Source: Piedraia hortae CBS 480.64 (Eukaryota). Taken from it: DNA of 20,000 nucleotides. Location of the stretch: NCBI GenBank assembly GCA_010093745.1, contig MU005977.1, positions 242,863 to 262,862 on the forward strand, in the 5' to 3' direction. Of this stretch, positions 9,757-19,930 are shown in pieces. Positions within the stretch are counted from its first letter, which is position 1. Each line of letters begins with the position of its first letter. A program made the position numbers and the translations under genes. The notes beneath the pieces are model-generated. The model was not told the origin of the DNA and did not search any database. It was given only the letters and a program-made list of their open reading frames with translations.

Positions 9757-12700
9757 TCACCGACCAAAGTCGTAATAAATGCAATGGCCGGTGAGAAAGT
9801 TGAAGAGGCAACCTTCCCTTTCGCCACCGGCATTGGCCCACTTGGCGCGCCAGGCAAGGAGCAGATCTTGAATCTGTTGCAGGTACTGCCTCTCGTTGGG
9901 CGGCACGGACTGTGCAACTTTGCGCCAGCTTTCCGGCTCGCTGAGTCTGGTTTCGCGAATAGCATCCAACACCTCATCACGCGTCTCTACCGCCAGGATG
10001 GGTACGCCTTTCCACGCTTCTAAAACCTTTTCCCACCGTTTCTGCGCTTCGGCCACGATATTGTACTTGTTGACCTTTTTACTGCGGTGTTGCGACATTA
10101 AAACCTGCACGTTGGTTTTCCGGTCCGTATCAGCATTTCCGGGGCGATGCGGAGGTGCGCTTTGACGTCCCTTACTGCTATTAAGGTCGCGAGTTTCCTG
10201 CAAAATGTGGTTTGTGAGCATTGCGACAGGAACATCCTGTTCTTCCGCCCCGGTCATGAGATTTGTTAGTCGGACAGTCTGGGATGATGCATGGCGCACA
10301 ATCACCAGGAAGTTATGGCCGTCATCATGGCGCTTGCCTGTCCCCAACTGGGCCCGGATTTCATGGGCCCACAGAGAGATGATAATCTTGATCGCAACAG
10401 CTTGCGTGTCTTCGCCTCCACTAGTCTCCACTAACACGTAGGGCCGAACTGGTTGATCTTCGATCATTTTCTTGTCTTTAGTGCTCTTCCCCTTGACCAT
10501 GCGAGCTACGACGTTATCGAGGCCAATGGCAACACCAACCGCTCCCTTGCAGTCACTTTGAGAATTCCCAACACGGTGTGCTTTGACCAAGCTATCGTAG
10601 CGTCCACCCGCGGCAATAACCACCCGAGTTGAGTTTCGCTCCATGATGCTCTGGACAAGCATACCTCCGTCGTAGAATTTAGCGTTGACACTGGCCAATG
10701 GCATGAAGTAAACCATCTGGCGTAATTCCATATGGCCGACAAGCGACAAGATGTCTTCCAACGCACGCACACCCCGCTCAAACTTCTCCTTTAGCTGCGG
10801 ATTGACCCCTCTGAGCAATTCTCGCGCATGGTCGAAGCCTTTTGCAGGAGCGTCATGGAAATCGAACATGCCGAGATCGTCTAGAGTGGTATCTGGCAAG
10901 CCAGACTTTCGTAGCTCAACCCGCAACTTCGCCCATGTATATTGCAAAAAACCGAGCCGACTAAGAATCTCCTTGACTGTGAATTGCTTTGCGGCAGGCA
11001 CCCGGCAGAACTCTAGGATTGCATCCAAAATAAGAGTATGGTTGATATGCAGATACATGCTGCTCGAAGCCGTGGGGCCGGGGATAGCGTCCACCACTTC
11101 GTCCATGACTTTTAACAGCTCAGCGTCGTCAATCGCTGGCTGGTCGTCGTCACTGCAGAGATAGATATCGAAATCCACCTCCTCGTGAGTGGTAGGTGGA
11201 CCGCCATTATGGGCATCACGGAATGCCGTGCCGAATACAAACGCTCTCTTGACGGGGGGCGTATTCCGAGCGGCTTGTCTAGCAGATGGAAGGATCAGGT
11301 CGTATGGCAGCTGCAGGAGATTTCCAGAATTGTCTAGCAGCTGGAAGACTCTTTTGTCCGTGTTGTAGTCTGATCGAGGGAACACACTTTCTCTGCGCAT
11401 CTCCTCTGCGCCGTGCCGCCGAAAGATTTGTTCAAGCATCTGAAGAGCGGTTGATCGCAGCTGCAGACGCTCCAAACTTTCTGGGGAAACGCTAACCTTT
11501 GAATCCCATGCAAGTTCTTTGACACGACGGCTTGGGAGTGAGGGGTCTTGGGTAAACAGGCCAGTCATCATCTTCCGATGGTAAGGAGATTGCGGGTCCG
11601 AGATAGTGCTCAAAACTTGCCGAACTGCTTCGTCTTCAAGTTCGACGGGCATCATGTCACTTTGCAAAAGCTCGGTACTGCTTGGTCTGTCAGTGGGATT
11701 GTGAGCAATGAGGCGAGCGATTAATCGCCCTTGTGCAGCCTTGTCGCCGCCTGGACGATAAGATTCAGGTAGCACAAAGTTATTGTTACGAAGTTTCTGC
11801 AGCGCCATTACGCGCTCCATGTAAGTTTCGAAGCGTTCGCACATTTCAAAGAACATAATTCCTAAGGAATCTTAAGAACAGTTAGCTTTCCCTTCCACAA
11901 ATGTTCCTAAATTGGTGAAAGGTTCAAACTAGACATACACCTGCATCATATTATTAAGAGTCCAGGGTTGTTCAAATTGTCAGGATGACTTACATATCGA
12001 CTTTATCCGTGCAGGCAGTGCTGGAGCCTAAACAAAGCTCAGGCGCGGTATAAAGGGGTGTTCCAACACCTCCTGACCTTTTATAACTACCACTTGCATA
12101 GCTTCCAGATGCTACACGATTTGCCGGGTAAACCTGCGCAGTGGTAGCTAGACCGAAGTCGCCAATTTTGGGGTTGCCAGCGTGGTCGATAAACACATTG
12201 TCTGGCTTCAGATCTCGATGAATGATTTGGTGGCTGTGGATGTGATCCAAGCCTTTGGTGATAAGACGCATGTACTGCCAAGACTCGTTCACGGACATAC
12301 CGTTCTTGATCAGTTTACGTAGAGTCAGTCCCCCGCAGAATTCCATTACAATGTAAAGAATTGATTTCAGTCTCGGAGATTGGACGGGCCTGTCATTAGC
12401 GTTGAGAGCGTTATCCGTGGAAGTGGTCACATCATTGCTGGCAGTTCTATCGCCTTCGTCTCCGCTGTCAGCGTTACTCGCTCCTTCATCGTCATATCCA
12501 AACTCAATTTGTCCTAAGCTTTCAGAGCTCACGAAATCGAGACCACCCCGGCTTACGTGGTCATGGCTGGGATACGAACTTGATGCGGAGCTGAAACTCC
12601 TGGTGGCTTCTGGGGTAGGAGACGTAGTTGACGAGGTCCCACTTGATTCATCATCTGCTGCCGCTTCGGTCGAGTCATCCTCTACCCAAGTCGAATAATA

Positions 12701-14434
12701 TCGAACCACGTTCAGGTGGTTAGGCCGCATCAGCAACCTCGCCTCCGACAAAACCTGGCCTGAGAGCTGAGATGCATGTTTGATCTTTTTGACGGCATAT
12801 GTTCCACCATCAAGCCTGTGCCGAGCTTTCACCACTTGACCAAAGCCACCTTCGCCAAGAAGGCCAAGTTCAGTGAAGTCTGTGGCATAGCGAGACTGGG
12901 CAGAGCTGGCTCTTCGAGCCCCGAATGATGCCAACTGGCTCGTCACTATTGCATCGGTACGAAGAAATTCGACAGGGAGCAACTCAAAGGCCGACGGGCG
13001 TTTCTTGCTGTCGATGGTGAATATTTTGCGAGCAAAATCGTCGAAAGCACTGGAAACTCGTAGACGGCTAAGCAGATCGTAAGGCCCCTGGTGTTCATCC
13101 AACACTTGCAAGCCCAACAGCATTTGGACGGCCACAACACCAAGATTCCAGATATCAGCTTTGATGCGTTGTTGAGGGCTAGTGGCCTCCGCTTCGGGCG
13201 CTTGCCACTTTGAAGGTACAGGAATATTGCTGCTGTCCAGAAGCCACTGACCCATTCGACCAAGCTTTGGGGACACTGCAGAACTATGGGAAAGATAGAT
13301 TGAAGAGGCACTGAGCAGGCCATGTGGAAGTCCATTGCGATGCAAAAATTCCAAGGCCTCAAGCAGCTCGATAATAAATTGCCGGGCTTTGTCCACGTGA
13401 AAACTAGCAAGCTGAAGCATGGAATGAAGCGTCCCACAGTTTGCAAATTGGCTGCAGAGTATGATGCAGGAAAGTTCAGCATCCAATTTATTCACACGAT
13501 AAGCATGCAAAGCCAAGACATTGGGATGCCGGATCTTACTTACGGCCTCCAGAGCCGTCTCGATGGCCATGATATCACTGCGTGCCTTGTTCACAGTCAC
13601 CTTTCGGATAGCCACGAGCGGCCTATTCGTTGACTTTTCAGCTCGCACTTGGCCAAGAAAGAGCTCTTCATTGGGCTTTTTATCAAGAGTGCTCAAGAGA
13701 ACGACCGTATCGAATTTCACACATTCGTTGTCGATCTGAACATAAGCATCCTGGTCGAACGAGATGTGAGGACGTGAATGCGGATGTTGAGGCTTTCCAG
13801 TGGTGGAATATCGCCGAGTCATGGTTTTATCTCTGCGATTGAGCTCAGCATCAGCCTTCTGACGAAGGCTTTCTTCTTCTCTTTCACTGGCCTCACGCTG
13901 ACGCTTGGCTTCCGCCTCTTCGAGCTTTTTGGCTTCAGCAATCGCAGTCTCTTCCGCACTTGCGCGCTCTTCTAGCAAGCTGGGAAGAGTTCCTTGTTGC
14001 CGCGCAGCAACCGCGTCTTCCAGCGCATCTTGAATGTCGGAGCCAATGGAGTGTATGACAACTTCGCCCTGCATCTGTTTGATCCGATTTTGAATAATGG
14101 AGTTGATGCGCGACTGAGTACGCTCGTGGAAGTATTGCAACCCATCCACAGTTATCAGAGGAGCTGATCTGGGATACGTGGCCGTAAAAGTCACCGAAAG
14201 TATCACAAAGCTCTCATAGTCAGAAAGCGGCCGTAGGGTAAGTTTGAAGCGGCGTTCGGTCGTCTTATTCCAAGCAGCCTTTGCCTCCAGTTCCTCAAAA
14301 TCTTCCATGTAAATTGCCTTGAGTGCATTGATCTCATCGATCTGGGCTTCAGCATAGTCGATTGGGGGAGATGAAACTCGCCCAGTTGGTTTCGAAACAC
14401 TCTGCCGCTTATTCGACTGCAATTTGGGAGCCAT
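9757..14434 (-). CDS. GCN2: eIF2-alpha kinase GCN2 (CPC-3/CpcC), about 1518 aa; exons 14434-11994, 11940-11939, 11870-9757
   Basis: Full domain order: RWD (AQIDEINALKAIYMEDF, YPRSAP), coiled coil, pseudokinase, eIF2a-type kinase (SRYATDFTELGLLGEGGFG, YAVKKI, acidic insert, LYIVMEFC, IIHRDLKPDN, KIGDFGLA, DMYSLG), HisRS-like domain (LQLPYDL, EVDFDI, AAGGRYD) and C-terminal domain. Spliced length 4557 nt is divisible by 3. Confidence 0.97.
11871..11938 (-). other. GCN2 intron 2 (68 nt)
   Basis: GTATGT donor at 11938, GCTAAC branch point at 11886-11881, AAG acceptor ending at 11871. Confidence 0.85.
11939..11940 (-). other. GCN2 2-nt micro-exon (GT)
   Basis: Context TGCAG|GT|GTATGT. Inclusion gives GAT AT+GT+AT TCC TTA GGA = D-M-Y-S-L-G, the conserved kinase subdomain IX motif. 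Confidence 0.85.
11941..11993 (-). other. GCN2 intron 1 (53 nt)
   Basis: GTAAGT donor at 11993, CTTAAT branch-like motif, GCAG acceptor ending at 11941. Confidence 0.85.
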
Positions 14435-14904
14435 GGTGATCGGGAAGGCCGTGGGCGAAGGCGGTAGAACAACAGTGAAGACGTATGTGCAGTTACACCC
14501 CTACTTTGAGGAAAGGTTGTATGCAAGTGCGGATTCACAAATCCTTATGTATACAGTAGTCAATGAGACTGTTAATATGTTGAGTGTAACGAAGTTCGAT
14601 AGAGACTGCATTGGCCCATGGGGCACCTGTGTCACCTCCCAGATAGCGAGTGTACAACGGTCACAGGAGCAAACTATCTGTAGAAAATTATGTTTCGAAA
14701 GACGTATGATATACTGAACTGACAAAAGATCACGTCATTGAGATTGAGTCTCGTCAAATGACAAGGCTCTTGGTTGCCTGAGGCAATAAGATAAGGTGCG
14801 GGCCGTGCCGTGCCGTGCCGCACTGTTGCCGCCGCGGCGCGGGGAGTTGTGCCGCTAACGTAAACACGAGGCGCGACAACCCGCTACATTGCAACCCCGA
14901 CACT
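14435..14904. promoter_or_regulatory. Shared divergent promoter region GCN2 / Cut12-like gene, with forkhead-type site
   Basis: 470 bp between the two start codons. GTAAACA at 14860-14866, CGCG elements, and a short (GCCGT)n repeat near 14802-14820. Confidence 0.45.
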
Positions 14905-16405
14905 ATGCTGAACTGGCTGTCTGGAGGCAAGGCGTCCGAGATGTTGCAAGGTAGGAGCGTCCTCTGCCTAACTGATGCCGCTAACGCCGCAAGATCCGGA
15001 TAGCGCGTGTCTCGACGCACCTGAAACACCAGCGCCCGTGTTTGCGGTTCGCGCGTTCAAGCATGCAATCTTTGGCACGCCTCAGACTAGTCCTGCTCGG
15101 TCGCGACGCCATACGGGCATCGAAGAAGCCACGCGCCACCAGAACTCCCGGCCGAAGCTGCACGCCCTTCAGTCCAAGGGTCTGGGGGATGTGCCAGTCC
15201 TGGGAGGACCCAACGAAGTGTTTGAGCCAATGAACTCGCCTACCAAAGGCATACTTCTGACGCCTGGGGCCGCCACATCGAAGCGCAAGACGGTCACGTT
15301 TGGAGAACACGTGCTCGGGCCTGACGAGCAGCGTGCAAAGAACGGCGGCCCAGATGGACCTCCGGGACGCTTCCCCAGCCCCTGGAAATCCGACAACGAT
15401 GAAGAAAAGTCCCGAGGCCGTAATAAGCTTACCGAAGCGTTTGAGCAGGTGAGAGAGGAGTCAGCCAAGCGCAAGAAAGCAGACAGACGTAGCCGCCACG
15501 AGGAACCAGAACGTCGGGAACCCAGGACAGAAGAGGGAAGATACTGGAAGACTCAGTACGATGTGTACCGGGAAAACTCGCAAAAAGACGTGAAAAAGTT
15601 AATTGCCAAACAGAAAATGGCAAAGCGGTATGCCAAGGACAAAGACGAGGAGGCCAACGAACTGGCTGAGCAGTTGCGGGAGGAAAAGAAGGAAGTCGAA
15701 AGACTGGAAAAGAAGATGTCGGATCTGGAGGCTCTTGTCGAGGATATGCGGGAGCATCTGCGGCGGTTGGAGGAGCGAAGGGAGGTGCAGCCAGAAGTGG
15801 GCAGTCCGGGAGGCCAACAGTATGCAAGACGCAGCGCTCGTCAGGCTCCAGAAGTGCAAGCTCAGGCCACTTCCCGACGACGTGCTCCACGGACCGTTGC
15901 CGAGCCAGTCCCAATTCCTCCTCCCCACGACTTCAGGCATAGCCCCAGGTGGAGGCCCGAACCGGACATGCCTCCAACACCTCCGACGCACGAAGAAAAA
16001 TTCCTCACACAGAGCATTCCCTCGGAGACCTTGCCTGCGTCTCACGAGAGTGACAAAAATGAACAATCTCCAGTCTTTCCCACTCAATCAACGCCACCAG
16101 AGCTTGCTCGCCCGCCTCGAAAACCCGTTCCATCGCGGAACAGTCGAACAGTGACCAGCGGGACAGATCTGACTCCCCTTTCTGCACTTGCCTCGACACT
16201 TCAGAGCAACCGCCGTGATTCGGTACAGCTTCAGAACGAGGAAAAGAAAAGAAGTGAAGTAGCACCGTTGAAGCCTTCTGCGGCGTGGAACGCTATCAAC
16301 GCCCCGCCCGCTGCTTTAATCGGTCGCGATGGCAAGGAACTCTCCTCCGATCGTCTGGAATCAGCTCGTGCACGACTCGCCGCCAGAGGGCGGGTAATAT
16401 CATAA
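14905..16405 (+). CDS. Spindle pole body-associated Cut12-domain coiled-coil protein, about 485 aa; exons 14905-14950, 14994-16405
   Basis: PETPAPVFAVRAFKHAIFGTP, SPTKGILLTPG, KRKTVTFG, PGRFPSPW and GRYWKTQY motifs typical of fungal Cut12-domain proteins, followed by a coiled coil. The likely N-terminus MLNWLSGG is recovered through intron 14951-14993 (GTAGGA...GCTAAC...AAG, 43 nt, frame-preserving). Confidence 0.85.
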
Positions 16406-17129
16406 GAGCTACTGGGATGGAGTAATGATTACTTTTTCTTTTCCAGCAATCATTCTTAGCACAATTAGTATCCTGTATTCAACAAAACCTATGTACATAT
16501 AGGGTGTCGCTTGCATGCATTTTCAAATTGAGTGTTTCCAGATATAGTTACGTCTTCAGAGGTTAACTATGTCTTAACTTGGTATAGCAATCTGAAAAGC
16601 GAAGTTGATAAACCAGAGGTTCTCGGGTACAACAACTTAACAAAGCTTGTCTGACAACACTGCAGTTATACGCAAACACTCCTTACACGCAGTTTTCTAT
16701 AGACTGTTTGGCAACTCCCGCTAGGTTGATGCGATGATACATCCTGAGCTCATTTGGCGTTGCTGATGGTGTCATTAGCGCTAGCGCTACGCTAATCACC
16801 GCCGCCAAGAGACACCACTTAAAATTTACAGCACTGTTCGAGACCTCTTGTCAACAAATTTCTCTCATCTTATCAGTTTGCCACTCCTTTACCATCAATG
16901 CAAAGCAAAGTCTCGTGATTACCCTTCATTTACTCGCAATGTCTTCTCTGGCCACAAGGTCTCCAGGCGCCAAACGAGCGCAATTTGTCTGCAACCAGCG
17001 CAAGTGCTCTAGTGGGGAGGAGCAGCGATGTCGCAACTTGATTTACAGCTTTTTTGATGGAAGAGGGCTCGGCCCATCGTGTCTACGGACAGACAGTTCT
17101 GGCAACTCTGGCCCGAGTAATCGAATGGA

Positions 17130-17600
17130 TGAAAAAGATCAAAAGAGAAGCCTCTGGCTGATCTTGTGAACCAAGCCTACGATATAACGAGGTGAATCCT
17201 GTCGGGAATGTAGTGTAGCGCAAAGTTATCAAAATACCTACCAGAATCTACAAACATGGAACTGGTGTATGGTGGTGATATATGCCCACTTGTAGGTTAT
17301 CGAGATGCCGATTGGGCGGGCTGTAATGAGACCAGAGGTCGACCTCTGGTCATGTTTTCGATATGGGTGGCGGGGCTATAAGCTGGTCTTCGAAATGCAA
17401 CCCACCATACTGTGAAACTGAGTTCCTTGGGCAAACCTAGGCGACAAAAGAGGCCTTTGGGCCGAAGAGACTTCAGGCCGAGCTTTCTGACACTAAGTGG
17501 AGATGCCGGCAACAATCATCTGTTGAAATAATCTGGGTATTATTGCACTTTCGAAGAATCCGAACTATCACTGTTGAATGAAACACTTTAGAACATTTCA
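17130..17600 (+). mobile_element. Degenerate Ty1/copia RT C-terminus and RNase H relic
   Basis: KYLPESTNMELVYGG..LVGYRDADWAGCNETR[fs]STSGHVFDMGGGAISWSSK..CETEFLGQT*ATKEA..NNLGIIALSKNPNYHC*MKHF matches the copia GYsDADWAG/RSTSG/GaISWsSK/EaEy/DN..IaLskNP..H.RtKH signature. Confidence 0.9.
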
Positions 17601-17919
17601 AACAGCACTGGGGGTTGAAAAGTCGTAGTTAGTAGCAGGGATCAAAGCGCTTGAATCGAGATACCCGAGTCCCACAGGAACCAGCCTATGCCATAGGTAA
17701 AGCATGCAACGCAAAGACTAGCGCTATGTGTTCAAGCACTTAGCATCCATAGTCCAACACTTTATGTCAGATGCCTGCTGTAGGTAGATAGGGTGCCGGA
17801 CTTCCCAGGGCTTAAACCTCACAGAGGATGTTTCCCTGGAACGCAAATGCGGTCCATGTCGTGCCGGATGTGGGGCAGTTGTTAGGGTACGCGTTGGAAC
17901 TGTGTTGTCGCGCGAGGAG

Positions 17920-18269
17920 ATGGCTCCAGGTATGCTACCTAACTAATACAGAGAGCACCGACCCTGTCGGCATTAGCCGTGACAGCAGTCTTGGTGCACA
18001 AGTCTCCCTCTCACTTCCTCTTTCTCGATAGTCACGATACCCATCACACACTGTTATGGCTTCCACCATTCACGACGTGCGAAGAGATGTGAGTATGTTC
18101 CTTCCCCCTTCCGATACATTATCAATGTGTCGATGGAACCCTTGCTAAGACACCCACAATTCATGACATTACTGAAGAATTGACCCGATACAGTACAATG
18201 CCAAAGCAATTTCAAGACAAGTTACAGGAGAAGAAACCACTTTTTTTTCTACGAGACCCCCGATTTTAG
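17920..18269 (+). CDS. Candidate three-exon small gene or pseudogene (~61 aa; exons 17920-17929, 17989-18088, 18194-18269)
   Basis: Strong donors GTATGC (17930) and GTGAGT (18089) with CAG acceptors keep an open frame MAPVLVHKSPSHFLFLDSHDTHHTLLWLPPFTTCEEITMPKQFQDKLQEKKPLFFLRDPRF*. ACGCGT and TCGCGCGA lie just upstream. No homology recognised and branch points are weak. Confidence 0.25.
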
Positions 18270-19189
18270 AGCTTCCTCCAGACCTCCCTGGTTCGTGCGG
18301 TAAACTCTGGATTACGTCATCCACCGTGGTGATTTGTAGGTAAAAATTCCTAAATCAGACGTGCATGGCAGCATGATGTCGCTGAACTTGCAGAATGTCG
18401 ATGTAGCCTTTTGCGTCGACCTACCATGGTGTCGGTCGGTATGACAGCTAGCGTTTCCATCTCAGCCACAATTGGATGTCGATAGAATGACTGCTAAAAC
18501 GCTGCGCCAAGTCGTAACTGCATGTCCCATGAAATTCGCTTCCAGCGCGATGTCACGCTAGCGCTAACAGCGAAAAAGGGTTCGCGAACCGAAAACGTTT
18601 TACCAGTATTCGTGATAGATTGATGCGACTTCAGTCGTTGTGAAGTCCTTTTGGCTGAATTCGCATATACACAATGTCTGTGGAGAGGTATGTCTTTAGA
18701 CAGATAGCCTTAGTTGTAGCCGTGTGTAATAACCAAGAAGAGCAGGGCTTCTCAATCTCTCATAGTAATTGGTCCCCGAAGGAGCAACCTCAGGAGACGG
18801 TCTTGGGATGCAGAGATTGTGCAAGCATCTCATAGTTTCGAAACATGTTGTCCCTTGATGCATACCTTACGCTGAAATACTGAGGTTTTGGTAGCTCAGA
18901 TGCCTTGAATGATGAATGCATCATCGTGCAGGCATATAAAGCTCTGCATGATCAGGCGTGAATTGTCCACGAATCAAACAACCAGTGGCCAAATGGTGAT
19001 ATTAGATGTATCTTCTCTGGGTCGAAATGAGGACTTGATTATTCGTAGTGCCATGCAAGATCCTCGAGGATAAGGTTCAGCTAGTGCTTGATGACAGTGA
19101 AGTTTCGAAATGAGTTGACTGCTAAATAGTCCTAAGCCGAACTGATGAACATGTCTTTCGGCACGCAAAATGACCCGAAAATGATCTTT

Positions 19190-19930
19190 ATTTTCTAGTA
19201 CAGATGTATACAATCTCTGTTCGTAGTTTGTCAAAAGGATGTAGCACCCACCATGATTAGAACCATAGATAGAAGTCGAAACTTCTCAGGGTTTTTACCT
19301 CTATAGAGGAAGTTTTCCCTGAGACGGGTCATTGTCTCGTTCATGCTTAAGGGCATGGTTCGCTGACGTTGTCCTGGCAAATGCGGTTAGACTGAGGTAG
19401 TGTGGGGGAGGTTTCGAACCTCACCTCATAGAGATAGACAATTACATTTTCACCTTTTTCAGTGAAAGTTGAGTGAAAACTTTCGTCGTTGACATCCACT
19501 CCGCTCTAGTCCTCGGAGGTTCACCCCTCCGACATAGTTGAACTCGGCCGGTATGAAGTCTTGCTACTGTGTGCACGTCAGCATACGTGTGGAGCTTTCC
19601 CTAGAGTTCATGGTCACACCTGTGATGTGGCGAAGACGCTTCTGACAGATTTCCAAAGGCGCTCTTTGTACGTGCGTTGAGACCTGTTCCGTAACATCGT
19701 CGTGGTTCGCATGGATGCATGAAGTCGAGCGATGTAACAATATCGGCTTTTGGAAATATAAGTACACATGGGCTTCCATCTCTATGTATCCTAGATCCCT
19801 ATGGTGTAAATAAATAGCACTGGGATTGGAACTGAATTCAACGCTGTTTACATTCCCGATCAATTTTAACCTCACTGTCATAACATGGACTGCTGTAATG
19901 AATAACGACACTATCTTGTGCAGCAACCTA
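19190..19930 (-). mobile_element. Degenerate Ty1/copia GAG-pre-integrase/integrase N-terminal relic, interrupted by solo LTR copy 2
   Basis: TAVHVMTVRL, APLEICQKRLRHI (resembles le.WH.RLgHi), VC..C..SKTSYRP (zinc-finger end), and CIHL after removing the LTR (resembles liH.D). Confidence 0.5.
19229..19534. mobile_element. Solo LTR, copy 2 (306 bp)
   Basis: Ends TGTCAAA...TCCGACA. Flanked by the 5-bp TSD TAGTT (19224-19228, 19535-19539). Same orientation and family as 8063-8301. Confidence 0.9.

Noticed and set aside
11871..11993. Classical stwintron (intron nested within a splice signal of another intron)
   Set aside because: The intervening GT must remain in the mRNA to encode M-Y, so it is exonic. 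Removing it causes a frameshift.
9757..14434. GCN2 split into two genes or pseudogenised, as the ORF track suggests
   Set aside because: Two canonical introns plus a 2-nt exon restore the exact conserved motif and frame.
9597..16265. Many antisense and alternative-frame ORFs over GCN2 and the Cut12-like gene
   Set aside because: Shadow ORFs of real coding sequence with no recognisable protein features.
16775..18567. Inverted 12-bp match TTAGCGCTAGCG / CGCTAGCGCTAA as DNA-transposon TIRs
   Set aside because: Short self-similar motif, with no TSD noticed and no transposase remnant recognised between the two.
19400..19430. tRNA gene or tRNA-derived SINE
   Set aside because: B-box-like motif only. 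No A-box, cloverleaf or poly-T/A tail.
8063..19534. One giant LTR element that captured GCN2 and the Cut12-like gene
   Set aside because: Each LTR has its own matching TSD (ATTTC; TAGTT) and the outer flanks do not match each other, so these are independent solo LTRs.
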